A stretch of 64,000 nucleotides of DNA from Raillietiella orientalis. Its lineage: Eukaryota. Under the pieces are notes generated by a model, which saw nothing but the letters and a program-made list of their open reading frames with translations, made no database searches and was not told where the DNA came from. Where the stretch lies: the NCBI GenBank assembly GCA_036172245.1, contig JAYWIR010000014.1:2604001-2668000 (forward strand), given 5' to 3'. Within the stretch, counting starts at the first letter, position 1; every line of letters starts with the position of its first letter. The position numbers and the translations under genes are program-made. Of the stretch, positions 37,801 to 52,793 are shown piece after piece.

Positions 37801-40800
37801 TGAAATTTCAAAGGCTGTTTCTGGTCTTCCAGCTATTGAAGTGGGAGTCCAAGAGGTTCATCATGTGGTGCATGCTTCCCATTTGAATGCCGGTCGCTTG
37901 AGGGCAATGGAAACGAAACAGCGTCGTTCCGAGAGTTTGAGATCGCGTGACTTCCGCCAAGGATACACAAATGTTCCCATTCTGTTTTTCATATGGAATT
38001 TTCAAATTTCGTGTCTTTGTTTGCTTTCCTTTTTCTTTTTTTCATGAATTCTTTTATCATACGGTTTTTGATTGCTCAGGTGACGGATATGTGTCTTGCT
38101 GAGGAGCGGCAGAATTCCAACAAGAATACTTTTGCTTGGGTAACACACTAAGGATGTCTTGTAAAAACGCTTGGCCGCCAACGCAGTGCTGTTCTCTTTA
38201 AATTTGCTGGCTAACTCGATGACAAGACGTTGTCGTTGACTGATCACTGCTCGGATTTGATGGTTTCGTTGGATGATTTAGTAGAGAAACGGGAGTTAAA
38301 GCCTCAATCTTGCGATGTCATTGGTGCATTATAGTAATTACTTGTCAGCAATGGTCTTTGAATGCTGTACTGTGTGGTGTACACTGGGTTTTATATTTTG
38401 CTTAAACACGATGTGTGCGTGGTGATCTGCCAGTGTAGCAACCGTTCACCGCTCTGTGCCCCCTAAGCATTCTTCGTGAGGAGGGCTGCTGCTGTTGTCT
38501 TTTTTGATGTTTCTTACTATCTCCTGCACCGTTGTAAGGAAACTATGTAATGAAATTCATATGTTTATTTTTGCGCGGAATCCGTTGGCGTGCACTTTGA
38601 GTTCATCGTTCACATCGGACAACATGTATAGGGAGAGACGTTTGTCGTGTGTCAGTGTGTGTGTTCGCGGGTGATAGACGTGTGAGGTTTGAAAGGTTTG
38701 CGGGCAGTCTGTTGGTATTGCTTAGGGCTTGGTTTGAAGGATTGAAGCGTTTATTGCCGAGTTGTAAAGGGTGCCAGAGTTCAGGTTTCACAAATAAGTC
38801 GAAGGAATAGTGCTGCTTGGCACTGTTCCAACTCGAGATTGCTGCATCACCACCGAGGTTGGACAGAGGTCACTTTACATATCGTCTAGAGTCAGCTCGT
38901 CGGATTCTCTCGTTTGCGTTCATGAAATTCGCTTCTCAGTCCCTCAGTGGACGCAATCCGCGAATATTGCAGGTTTTTTTTTTTTTTTTTTCTGGCTGTT
39001 ATAACAAAGTGTGTAGCATTCGAAGATTTTTATCCATTCTACTGTCATTTTTTTATGTTTCTGTCTGCTTTCAAGTATTTGATTCGCTTCCAGTATTTCT
39101 GTCTTGGTAATTTATTTTGCGGTCCCATTATCGGAGAGAATGTCCTTTGAATCAAAGTAATGCCACCGGGCACAGATTGTTTTGATTTTGAAAGCATTGC
39201 ATTTGATATTTTCGCGTTTTGATGTGTGCGGGGAATTCGTATTTTATCATTAATGCACCTTCAATTGCATAGGGTGAAGGGATCGGATGATCCCTGCACC
39301 GAACGTGTTGATGTTGAGAGCTGCGGAGGTGGCTTAGTGCACCAAACGCGAAATAGTGCACCAATAAACCACAAACCCCTGGAGGTTTCGTGTAATTCGC
39401 AAAGACCAGTTCTTTTCAACTTTTCTCAGGCTTCTGTTTCACTTCTCGGATTTCCTGTTTGATAGTTTGTGGATGGTACTGCGGGATGATGGATGCATTG
39501 AATTCCTGGCCTTTGCAGAAAGCCTTTCATTCAAATATGTTTTTCCCATAATGATTTCATAATTCAAGAACTGGTTTGTTCTTCCAATTCGTTGACAAGC
39601 ATTTACCATCACTTTGGGGACTCGTGTTTTTATGGCCTTTTTATCTTTTGTTCGTTCTTCTGATGAATATCTCAAAAAAGAAGAAACTACACTTGCTATT
39701 CTCGTTTTTTTTTTTTTTTTTTGCTTAGAAATGCGTGAATTGAATAAATTCCGAACCATACTCGCAAGTGGAAAGCATCTTTTAAATTTGAACTTTGTAT
39801 TTAAGACATTTGTATTTATATTCTTCTAAAAATAATGTATTAATAGGTTCCGAGCTCCAGACCCGGACGATGTGTTAACGATTCCCATCTCTTACCAGAT
39901 GTAACTGTCAAATTCATAAAGTCGCATCCGCTTATGGATGAAGCAGTGCAAGCATTTTTTGGTTCCCCTATTATTGTCCACGTAGGGTGAGCTACAACCA
40001 ATTTTGGAACCTGCTCTTAACAATTATTATTATCATCATCATTGTCATTATTATAGGTCTCGAATTACAAGCATTGCTGTAGATCCACAGTTGCAAGCAG
40101 TGGATGGGCGCTATTATGATGTCGTATTTCTTGGCACTGGTAAGCAGTGCGAGTAACAGCATTATCAGTTAGTACCTGTAGACAGTGGACAAGTTATTAA
40201 AGCTTTCAATGTTCATTCTCCCGACTCTGTCAATGACGTGAGAACAGTCATAGTTGAAGAAGTTCAGGTGTTTTCGAAAAACACTTCCATCTTAAGCCTC
40301 CACATTGTGCAATCTACTAGGGAGCATTCTGGTAAACTCATATTATTATCGGATGAACAAGTTCGGGCTATCCCCTTGCAACGGTGCCATAGCAAAAAGG
40401 CTTATACGTGCAGGTAGGTACGAGATGTGCCCGGGGTTCGGTGTGACAATTTTGATTTTACAGTGAATGCGTGGCACTCCAGGACCCATACTGTGCCTGG
40501 AATGAACAAACATATAGATGCCAAAGAATTAATGTAGCAGCGTGGGAAGGAGGATACGGTTGGGTGCAAAATCTCAGCTCTGGTGTATCTCCGTTGTGTC
40601 CTGAAGGTGTGCGTATTTCACTGATTCATTTTAACTAAGGCATATGTAGAAGTGATGCAGCCTAGCAGCAGACTGACTCAGGGAAACATCTTAAATATTC
40701 AGCACAAGCTAGGTCGTGTAAAAGTGGAAGAAACCAGTAACTTGCATGCTCAGGTAGCTAGTTACACTACAGAGGCCTTGGCCATTGCTGTAGTCATTGG

Positions 40801-41139
40801 GAGCATATTAGCCATGGTACTTGGATTAGTATCAGGTGAGACTACAGTAAAATTTTAAGAAGGGTACTCGAAAATGAATTCTCTGTAGGGTACTGCTTTG
40901 GAAAACGATGCCATAAAGGGGAATATGATGCAGGACCTTGTGTTGATGCAGAATATGAATTTTTGAATCAGTGTCCAGGGCAGCTCTCTACTGCTCATGA
41001 TCTTGAGCAGAACATTTACATGACTCCTCATTTGCATGTGAATAAGCCTGTTGTAGACTTTGTTCTAAGCAAAAATGGAACCAGTAAGGGAGTATTGTCC
41101 CACTCTCTGGAAGGCCACCGCCACAAGCTTTATGTCTAG
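25892..41139 (+). CDS. Sema1a: Transmembrane class-1 semaphorin (Semaphorin-1A-like), 16 coding exons
   Basis: GT-AG exons with consistent phases: 25892-25979 (signal peptide MFLISLLMLEVLQ; least certain), 31190-31286, 31339-31384, 31455-31517, 33623-33730, 33793-33880, 34069-34185, 34453-34541, 34597-34735, 36001-36203, 39847-39986, 40057-40139, 40182-40413, 40464-40606, 40650-40835, 40889-41139. Sema motifs CENYIRVL, CGTNAFKPMC, CPYDP, WTTFLKARLNCSVPG, SAVCAF, RPGRC; PSI motif CVALQDPYCAW; TM helix ALAIAVVIGSILAMVLGLV; ends KLYV*. Confidence 0.93.
28880..29800 (-). mobile_element. Possible hAT DNA-transposon relic in semaphorin intron 1
   Basis: Minus-strand LYIPCLS(H) near 29375-29355 resembles the hAT CxxH motif. 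ILPV..SIAG...SIIRIQE (ORF 28887..29069) resembles the C-terminal dimerisation region. CAGGGTG-type end at 29800. Heavily decayed. Confidence 0.35.
35593..35675 (+). repeat. Intronic partial copy of semaphorin exon 11
   Basis: gacgatgcgttaaccgattcccgtctcttaccagatgtaactgtca (35593-35638) vs gacgatgtgttaacgattcccatctcttaccagatgtaactgtca (39866-39910): 3 differences. Weaker similarity continues about 35 bp further. Confidence 0.85.
36950..37700 (-). mobile_element. Possible Tc1/mariner transposase relic in semaphorin intron 10
   Basis: Minus-strand fragments TLLRRL (~37555), MLVRGSG (similar to VMVWG, ~37360) and EYLNLL (~37280) occur in Tc1 order. Very degenerate. Confidence 0.3.
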
Positions 41140-41164
41140 TCACATGTTCTAGTCAAAACCAATC

Positions 41165-42323
<1,159 letters not shown>

Positions 42324-44479
42324 TTAGAATGCAATGATACAAGCCCCAAAGTTCAATACTTAATAAATATGATTTTTCTGCATAGATTTTTAAACATCTG
42401 CAACGTACTTGCCGCAGGTAATGTTGCAAATCTTAACTTCAAGATACCATACTTATCATTTATCACTTCAAAACTTTTCTACTCCCGGGTAACTTAAACT
42501 CTTGATGACCATTACTTACTAAAGGAACGCCCTCATGCACACGTTTCCTAGGCACACCACAACTGAAAACTCTCAACCAGAATGACTTAAGCATCGGTAA
42601 TCTGAGTGAACTCTTCCATCCACGCAAGCTTGAATACACTACCACGTTGGAAATTATGAATAAATCCCCTTCCACGTGCTCACTCGACAAGCATGCATTT
42701 CCGACTGAAATACCCACAAGATGAACTTCCGGGTGCTAACGTGCACGTACGAATCCCTCAGGTTCAACCCTTCGATCACCAAGCGCTTACTTTGCCGACT
42801 ACGATTTGCTACATGAGCTGCGTTGCCAATTTGCCATGTACAAGAAATGTTCCCAGACTTGAAAAACATTTTTACTTAATGAAATGCAATGAATCTACGA
42901 GTTGCCTTAATCTGGACTGGTGTTTAAGAATCAGGACACAAGACTTTTGCGTGTTTTCGATTATGGGATCAACTGAACCGGAGCATGAACCCTTGGAGCA
43001 GTTGCTTCCCAGAGTCTTTCATAAATCTGAAGCTTCACCATCACGGATGTTTTTTTTTTTTTTTTTTTTTTTTTTCCGAGCTGTAAAAAGTGCACTCAAT
43101 TTCATAATGAGTTTAGTTTTGTCTTATTTTCGACGACTTGATGATTCCTTTTTTATCATTTGATTATTCTGAGGAGCAAGGTTTCTTCACTTTAAAAGCA
43201 TTTTATTTTTTAAAAAAGATCGGGGTTAGCCAGATTAAGTTTGGTAATTTCGCCTGGCGTAGAATTCCCGGTGGAGAAAGGTGATCAATGAACCAATCTT
43301 TGCTGGACTGAGTGGGATGAGAACCCGGAACGCATCCCATCTCAAAATCACAAGCAATAACGAGTTTCTTTACTGCCTTTTCATTTTGATTGATAATTTG
43401 CAAAAGAAATTGGCATTGAAATAAGGTACCTGTAGTTTAAGCAGCAATGACGTTAATAGCCACTTCACTTGAACTTGCAAAGCTTATCAATGATCTTTTG
43501 TTAGTGCTTATACAATGTAGATCACTGCACATTTTCTGCTTCATTTCTTCAACCACCCACCACAGCCATGCAGTCTGGCATTCCATTCCTTTGAGTATTT
43601 CATAAAAACGCGGCCAAAACGATAGTTTTTCGCCTTACAATTTAGTACTTTTCGGGCTCTTTGTGAACTGTTTGCCTTTTTCACGCGTTAAAATTTATGC
43701 TCACCGATACCATAAATCTAGCTTTTAAAATTCAATACGGTTCAATTCTGAATAGAATTCTTCATCCTTTGTCTTAAACTTATATTTCTAGGCTCTACTG
43801 TAGAATCCTTTAGGGGGATATATAAAAAATTCTCTTTAGGATAAGCATCCTCTCTTGATTAGTTGGGCGGGCAGGAGAATAAACAAGAAATAACAGCACG
43901 GTAATGATATGTACCGTGGTTCCTACTTAAATTTCGTCCAAACACATCATTTACTTTGGATTCATTGCGTTTAACTTTATTGCCCATTCACGAAAGTGCG
44001 GGATACACTGAAAGCTTCAAGGAGACCCTCTCTGTTGTGGAATGAGAATCATATCCCAGTTGAGGTTTGTTCTTTGGATGCTTTCAGATATTGACGATAA
44101 CTCCCAGATCCAGGAACAATTTTGCCATTTCGAATTACAGCGCGCATTCGTCACCTTTGCTGGAATCGACATTTTGAAAATGCTGTTGCAATGGAATGTT
44201 GCTGGTTGTATCGACATGGGTAATCGAAATATAGAAAAAAAAACAATTCTGGATAATTAAATAAAAGAAACCAAATTGTTAAACAGTAACATGAATTTCT
44301 ATAATCAAACGAACAAATTTAGTAACATTACAAAAGTAAAAAATAATGAGAGCGTATGGTAAATGCGATATAAAATCTTATTCAAACTTCTTCTCGATTG
44401 CTTTTTCCCGTATTCTTCCCAGGAGAAGAACATCACGAACAGGAAGGCAGACACTTTCGACCACTCAATAGCTATATTG

Positions 44480-45390
44480 AATGAGTCAATAACTTTGTCA
44501 ATATCAAATTTTTGAACATTTTTAAAGCACCTTGGACGAGCTGTCTTCCCAATCATCATTAAGGATAATTTGTGATTTGTAATTTGTAACCCGTTGCATT
44601 GACACAGGACATTCAAGTGACCCTTTCCTTTATATTTTTTCTCCCTAGGGCTGTTACTTCCTTGAGCCGAACATAAGTTTTGTTTGGTGGTCCTTTGTAC
44701 ACCCGTCCTGTTTCGCCACAATTGTAGACTTGCTCCATTAGATATTGGTTTCCATTAACTACCTCTTTAAATTTTTCCAAGAAACTGGAACTGGAACCTG
44801 TGAGGTGTTCCACGAAAGTTTCTCCCCGGATATGGCTAACAAGCGAATGCCACGTCTTTTTTATGAAATTACTCAGCTGCCACCCTTGCAAAAAATTGCC
44901 CATCATCCCCATTAACCGAACATGAGTTTCCTTGGCCTTTCATTTTAAGATTACATTTGTGATGCTTTTTTTTTTCAAGTCTTGCTGTTGTAAAAACCAC
45001 GAATGTGAAACTCGTTCCACTTCAGGAAATCTGGAGATGGCCATCCTGTTTTTAGGTGTTTCTGGACATCACAGCATGGGGCGACGTATCATCCTCTTTA
45101 GTTCTCTGTGTTTTTCACGATTACCGAAATGGTTGATTGACCCACTTTGGAATTTCAAACGCGGCACTTTCACCTTCTATCCCTTTCCCCAATTTCACGT
45201 AAAATATCCATCCTTTTATTTGAACAGTTAATGAATTTCCCTTATTTTTTCCCGTCTTCAACGCGGTTGAAAAAAGCTTCCTTTGTCGAATAAGAGAAAA
45301 CTTTAGGAATCTTGGCTGCATCAAGGGTTGCTCACGTCAAAAGTTTCTTTTGTCAAAGGTGACTGACCACACCCGACGTGCACTGTACCT
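44480..45390 (-). mobile_element. Tigger/pogo (CENP-B/DDE_1-type) DNA transposon relic
   Basis: Minus-strand fragments GWQLSNFIK, IRGE, YLMEQVYNCGETGRVYK..P.KT, GRKNIKERVT, HKLSLMMIGKTARPRCFKN match Tigger/Jerky-type transposases. Frameshifted; TA-CAGT end at ~45388. Confidence 0.75.
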
Positions 45391-46417
45391 TTCAAAACGA
45401 ATGACTTCTTCGCAATACATTTAGAGTCAAGAGGAGACTTTGCGCCCTGCTGCTTACAGCGGCGACCATACTCTTTCCGCTATAACTCGAGCCGAAATTG
45501 GGTTTACACGGAAGTCCCCCACGATGAAGTGCCAAGTGCGCATTCAGCACTTATAATTACACCCTACGAGATAGATACGAGAATTTTATTGCACTTCGCA
45601 ACAGATCGATTCATTTTGCGATCATTCCGCGTTGTGCAGATCGCTTTTTTCCCTTTTTTGCTGAGTCGTCCCGGACCCACGGGAGTATGGTTTTCGCTTT
45701 TTCCCTTTTCAACTATCTTACAGCTTTATTTGAACTCTACAGTCGAAATCCAAAGGCAGGCTTTCCTTCCAAACTGCCCAGAAGGGCAGAAAGCGCCAGA
45801 AATGAATACAAGTTATGAGGATAAGAAATGCATTCAGTTGTTTCGATTTGTGAGAGCCGACATGTAACAAAACCAAGAAAACGTAAGACTGTGGTTTGAA
45901 TGATATTTCATTGATATCTTATTCAACAACTTGACAGTAAACATTAGAGTTGGACAGCTTGCGACTGCCGAATTGGTATTTCTTTCGTCTCAAATTCTTA
46001 TTTGCAACAAGCAAAGCTTCATGATATCTTCCAGCTCCTGTAGCAATTCTTTGGCGATTCTTCACACGGTTACCACACTGACTGCCTGGAAACTGTGCTG
46101 CATGCTGACCACCATTCCGCAACCACCAACCCAATCATCTGCTGCTGCAAAAGCCACAACAACAAAATTTCGAGACCGCAGGCAAACAGTTTTCCAGGAA
46201 TCGGATGGCTCTGCGCAGTTGGTTTCACGCGTAGGGCGGGGACCCAAAATGGATGTCAGTCGGTTACAGATCACTGGATGAGCCTCCAGGGCCGTTCGTT
46301 ACCTTCCGAAACCTGCACGTATGAAAACACGATGGCTTCCCTCCGATTCACAAAAAAAAACTGCATCCCAATAATGCAAATGAACCAAATTATGGAACGA
46401 GTAACTGATACATGATT

Positions 46418-49400
46418 TTATTTCTTAATTTGACCAGTGATTCCGGCTGCGATCAGGTCTGCCTCCTCCCTCAGCGCCTCCATTTTTGCCAACAACAGCA
46501 TCTACAATTTTCAAAGAAATGTGATGCGACTGGAATTCGAATCTGCAAGTCGCAGAATGGAGGGGAGACCACGCTTAAAATCGTGTCCAAGTCGTGCACA
46601 AACTTGATCGGAAAGGGAATTAATGTGATCATCGCATCGATCAGCAGCACACAGCGTTTTTGGTCGGTAGACGCCCTTTCAAGTCGCGAAACCCTTCAGC
46701 ATTCATCCACGAGAGAGAAGCAGCAACCGCCTACACGAAATAGGGGTACGGAGCGCATGGGTCGCCATCGAAAAAGTCTTGGCGTACATCCGAACCTACA
46801 GCCCCCACGTTGATGGTTGAAATCACAAAAGCCTTCTGGAGAAACGGCCGCTGTAGAGGACATCCAGGGATGGAGAAAACCAGGCGCTCCCAGTTGCGGA
46901 CCCGCGACTTCCTCAGGGAGAGCGTGCTCCAGAAGCAAACTTGCCTGGACGCGTTCGCGGGAGGTCTCCAAAACCCGCGCGTGCATTAACGGATGCTCAA
47001 ATGATGGCACACTGCACAAAACATCGCCAAGAAAAAAAAATCAAGTAAAATCCCAGGATAAATAGGAAAAAAGCAACTAAGCATGGAAGGAGGGGGGGGG
47101 GGGATACAACTTGGGCGCGCCGGGGCTACGTTGCTGCTCGCTTCCGAAAGAATCTTCCGTGCATGAAGAACTTCGAAATCTCCAGATATTTTCTCATTTT
47201 TCGTCTCCGATTCACATTCATTTTCTCACACGTAATTGCCGCTGTGCTAAACTCTTACATTTATTTATGTAATTACCACCCTTCGCATCTACCATACCGA
47301 TGCATAATCATAATTTACACTCCCCACATTAATCAAAATCATGCAATTTTCTCAAACAAAAGAGCAAACACCTGATACATGTCTCATTGGTCTGAGTGTT
47401 GATTAACACGTGCCAACAGAGAAGCAATTCCCTTTAGGAACTAATTTTGGCAAACAGTGACTACGACACGTTTGCTTGTTTCTGTTTCAATGACATGCCC
47501 ATTAAATGTTGATGAAAAACACAGACATGAAATTTGGATGAAAATATGTTCTTGCCTTAGCAGAAGCAATAATCTGCATCGCTATTTTCCTAGGCATATA
47601 ATGAACTTTTCTCTGCAAATCTGTGGGGCCGGCAGCTGCAACATCTTGCAGTGTACGGTATCCTGCATCGTAGAGAAGACGAGCACGGCCCTTTTCCTCA
47701 ACTATATACAATGAGCACCTAGAACATAATTACCTTTTTTACTGCTGGCAATTCCAAAAGCGGAAGCAGCTCCGCTGTTGTGCAGTGAAACAACTGTTGA
47801 GTAAAGTTGGGAAGAAGCTCCTTGAACGACCAAAATTCTGGCAGTTCCTGAAACTGAAATGCAAGGGATTCCCGAAAAGTTTTCTTGCCTGAACAAAATG
47901 GAAAACGGAAGACGAAAATGTGGCTGCAGATACAAGCAATGTTTGCACAAGTCCCCGGTCAAGTTGAAATTTGGAGGATACTTCCCAAATTGATTTTTTC
48001 CTCCAAAGCTCCAGCAAAATTATTGTAACATAAAAACGATTTAAACTGCCTTCTTGAAGAGGCTGATTGACATGCTTTACATAGAACCAAAAATGGCGCC
48101 AACCTGTAGCCGATGTCCAGAAATTTTTTTGACCAGTATAGCTTCTGTGATTCCTAGGACATGAGCTGCATGCAAGATCTTCGGTTCAAGAGAAGCATAC
48201 TGGGAAAAATGGGACAATAAGATGCTGCAAAGTGCAGAAGATGCTGATGTAACTATAAAACCACTTTAACATCTCGAGAAAATCAAGAACCCCATCTATT
48301 TTGTAAATGACGGATTCAAAACTTTTATAAGGCACCTGTGTCAAAGGCACAACAATTTTTTGATTAAATAAAGGCAAGCATGTGCTGTTGTTGTACACAA
48401 CATGCTAAACATTATTAAGCATGCAATAATATTGCTGTTCAGTTCCTAAGACATTCTTAAAATTAAATTCCACATATTTCCACATCACTTAATTTAATGA
48501 ATCAAACCCAAGTCACCAACAATAAATTAACAATTAAAACTGCACATACTTAAGATAAAGTAAATGATCCCAATATTCAGAATTCGGTAAACGTTTATTA
48601 AGTGGACCACTCAAGGTGTTCATTCTTTATGAGATCTGCAGGCTTAAAGCCATACAGATAGGAAAAAGAATGATTTTGTCTAGTGGTGCATCACTGCTGA
48701 CCCTGACTTTATGAGGCCAGCAAACAGAGGCACCACATACTGCATACAGGTGAATACTTACGATTTTATAAAGAATATTTATGTTGACTGGTATTTTACA
48801 CACAAGATCGTAAGGTGTAACCACATAAAGCAGATGAAAATGTGTGTCAAGGACCAATGCCTGCTGTGCTACAGACAAATCTTGATAAAGCTGCAAAGCT
48901 AAATCTGTACTGATGGATCCTGAAATTAGATATTGTGGTAATAACAAGGGTAAAAAACACTTGGACCACTCATTATGGTGTTCTTGAACACTCAACATTA
49001 GTTTCAAGAACATAATACCAGTGCAACAAACACAACAAAGAAATGCAAGAACCACCAATACATGGATTCAGGATTAGTTGTTCAAATACTGCCACTTAAA
49101 TGGTAATGATAAATCACACAAAAATAACTAGTTGATGCAAAGAGGACTTCCAATTTGTGTCTTACAACATGCAAATCCTTTATATGATATGGAGCGACTT
49201 TTATCAAATAGCATTCATAAAACTAGATCTTAAAAGTAGCATAACAAAACAAGTTTGTGAAGCAGTTTATACAATAATAATCCTGAAACACAAAAAGTTT
49301 GCATGCTCTGTAGGGAATCACAACAGCCTGGAGAACTCCTAAACTAATGTGAGTGTAAGAGCTGATTTAAGAAAAAAGTACAATGAATGCATTCTTTTTA

Positions 49401-52400
49401 GATAGCTTGTTGCAGAATTGAATCATTTCACTCGCACTTTAGGAGAATCGGAGATTATGCACAACAAATAATACATTCCAAATAATATAATGTATATCAT
49501 GAATTAATCACATAAAAAGCATATGGATGCAGAAGTTGTTAGTAAATCTTTGGGTTTTTTTGAAGTGTTTTCTATTATTTTTAACTAAGCGACGTAATAA
49601 CTGGCAATTCTTCATAGATCACCAATTTGGAATTGGGAATCTGGAATTCATAACAAGCTGACTGAATATCAGTCTAAATTTATGAATCAACTCAATGTGT
49701 AGTTAGTTTATATGAACTGTAACAGAGCAAAAACACTGAAAATTTGTAGTTCCCAACTGTTACGAATGACGGATTTCCCAAAGGGAATCATGTTGCAGCC
49801 AGATATGACTAGATCATAACATTATACTGAAAAGCTTATTGAATACCTAATAGGCTGAAAAGATGATTTACCTTTTACAGCTGCTTTGCCAAGTCTTGTG
49901 ACTATCAGTTTGCATTCCTCAGAAGAATCAGCATCTGATAATACACTGTTTTTCAGAATAATACTTAGCTTATATACCAATAGTTTCAGTGAGGTTCTCT
50001 ATGCTGATCAGGTGTGTTTCTTGCAATTGCTTCAGGCCAGTTTGCACAAGGTTTTCTAAATCAATTTTAAAGTGCTCTTTCTGATAAGCTAGGAGTGTGC
50101 TCTCCAGCAAAGTCATAAGCTGGTCAGGTGTTGCTGCCAAACATAAGCCTAGGCAACTGATAAGAAATGCATGTAATCCAGATGATTTTTCTAATGCTAA
50201 TGTACTCCAGCAATAGGTGCTCTTGGATTGCAGTAGCTGAACCACCTATTCACATGCTAGATCATGCAGGGTTATGCAGATTATCTTTTACTTTTTCAAT
50301 CTCCTGAGATTTACATATCAAGATGCTATCACCTGCTTCATTAAGACCAGCACGACCAGCTCGACCTACCATTTGTTTATACTGAGTTAATGTGAGCAGG
50401 TTCTTTCCCACATAGGGTGCACGAATCACCACCTGACTGCAGTCAGCAATTCAAACAACAATGATTTAATGTTTACCCTTCTAGCTGGTAGATTTACTCC
50501 AGCAGCTAAAGTAGATGTGCAACACAATACGCAAAGGGTACCTTCAAGATAGTTTTCTTCTAAAAGACGTCTTTCATCGATGGTAAGACCTATGCAACAT
50601 TTAAATCCACTGAATAAGGATCTACCTGCATGATGGTAAGCTACACCAAAGCTTATTGTTTTACTCAAAATCGGACACATGAAGCCGTTCCCTTCTGCTA
50701 ATAGTGCTTGATGTAAAGTCTGCTTCTGATCTTTGGCATGTTCCTGCATGGAACTTGAAAAGACAGCAATGGGCATCATTTCTAATCACTTTACCTTGGT
50801 AAGATTTTACATAACATCTTGGCTACATTCTCACAGCCTTTCTTGGTAGGACAGAAGATTAGCACTGAATGGCTTGGGGCCACCTCCATAACTAATGCAC
50901 CAAGCATATCAGGATCTAGAGCTCTCATCTCTTTTGTATACTAGTAAATTAAAAGAAACATGACGATCGATTCCTGGAGAAACTTAACTGCAAGTGGGCA
51001 AATACGCTCATCACATGGAATTAAGTCAGAATAACAATCTGTAGGAAAAGCATACATCTTGTCCTCAACTTGCAAAAATTCTGCAAGCTCTACTGGTCTA
51101 AAATCACACTGAAAAACCTCTGCTCTAAGAAACTGCCGCATCTCTTCAATGTTTCCTATAGTAGCACTCATAGCAATGAGCTGTATATTTGCTATGATCA
51201 ACAAAATAATTGTTGTAAACCTCCATGCAATCACTGTGACATACTGTGACAATGGAGAATTTTCACCAACAATATTTCTAGACATGCTCCACGACCTCCT
51301 TTTTCTGCTATCATGTGCACTTCATCGACCACTACCATACCTAATTCTTCAATGGAACCTGATTCTAGAAAACTATTAACTAAGCTGTGTGATTTTTCAA
51401 TTGTTGCTACATAAATGGTATTCCGTTTCCTGTGTTTGACAGGTGGTATTGTTCCTTTGCTTCCTGCATATTCTTCTACCAAGAAGTCAAGTTCAAGAGC
51501 AAATGGACTGAGTGATCTGACCTTTACACAAAATCAGCCTTCATCTAAGCATACATCTTTCACAATTAATTAATACTCACTTTCTCTTGAACAATAGAAA
51601 TATAAGGTAGCACCATAAGAACATTTTTTCGGAAACATGTGACTTCTCTTAGCATTAAGATTTCAGCAACAAGTGTTTTACCTCCACTGGTAGGTAACGA
51701 ATAAATTAAATTTTTCTTTGCTTTTAAAGCATGAAGATCCAGACACTGTTTTTGCCAATCTATGTCAACATTGTATTTCCATTCATGTGGACTCACCATA
51801 TAAGCTGTCGATTCCTTTATGCTCTTTCAGGAGTTCTTTGATTCTGACTGGCAAGCCATAAAACCAAACATCATTGGCATTAAGGGTAACTTTATTAAAA
51901 TTGTAATGTGAATCACATGCTGAGGGTTTCAGAATAAAATTCCTTTGCTTTCCAGGAGACTCGGGATCCTTATCTTGCATTTCAAGCAACTGGCGTATTT
52001 TTTTTTTGGTAGATTCATAGCTTCTTTTACGTAAGGCTTTCTGACTATCTTGGGAAATAACAGAATCATCTTCCTGTATAATATATTTAAAAGCAGGATG
52101 CTCATTTATTTCTATTTGATTGGTGCAGTTGAAAACTTTGTGGTCAGAAACCTCCTCTTTTATATTGTACCCATTTTGTGTACAAACTGGTGCAGATGTG
52201 CTGGCAGTATAATTTTTACATGCTTTGATTTTTTTGCCATAATTTTGACTTGCTTGGTGACAAGAATCTGGTGATTTGTAGATTTTACTTTTTGAATACT
52301 TTCCTGTGGTTAAAAGCTGACTTTCTCCTATGACCAAGAAAATTACTTAGAAAAAAATTGTCAAAATACTTTATGAATTAGTAATTGCAAAACTTCTTAA

Positions 52401-52793
52401 GGTCAAAAATAATCAAAACATTCATTACCATGCTGAATAGGATCTTCTTTAGTTTTCAACCTCAAGGAGTTACCAACTTTTTTACTGTCTCCTAACTCAT
52501 CTTGTTCTATGCCCTCAATCTCAACATCCCTGATGAAAGATAAATCCTTTGATAGAGCAGATTCTATATTAATAGAATTATTCCCTGCTTCAACAAAAGT
52601 ATCGTTAATTACTAAAAATGGAATATCCACCTCCAAATAAAGAAAAAAGGTGTTTGTGTTGCAGTATACCTGTAAAACACTTGGTAGACTTCTTTATAGT
52701 TATGTTTAACTCATGTCTCGCAGATCGCTGTGATAATGTTGGCTTGTGGTTTTTAAATTCTTTAGTTTGTGATTTTAATCTACTTCTTCGCAT
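46418..52793 (-). CDS. HELQ: Helicase POLQ-like (HELQ/HEL308/mus301), multi-exon; 5' end uncertain
   Basis: Spliced motifs [110 protein letters not shown]...QIIASAK. Last exon 46501-46418 reads [16 protein letters not shown]...KK*. The N-terminal exons near 52.3-52.8 kb could not be phased with certainty. Confidence 0.93.

Noticed and set aside
45990..46065. IAKELLQELEDIMKL as a candidate HELQ last exon
   Set aside because: No in-phase acceptor. The exon at 46501-46418 fits the HELQ C-terminus and splice phase much better.
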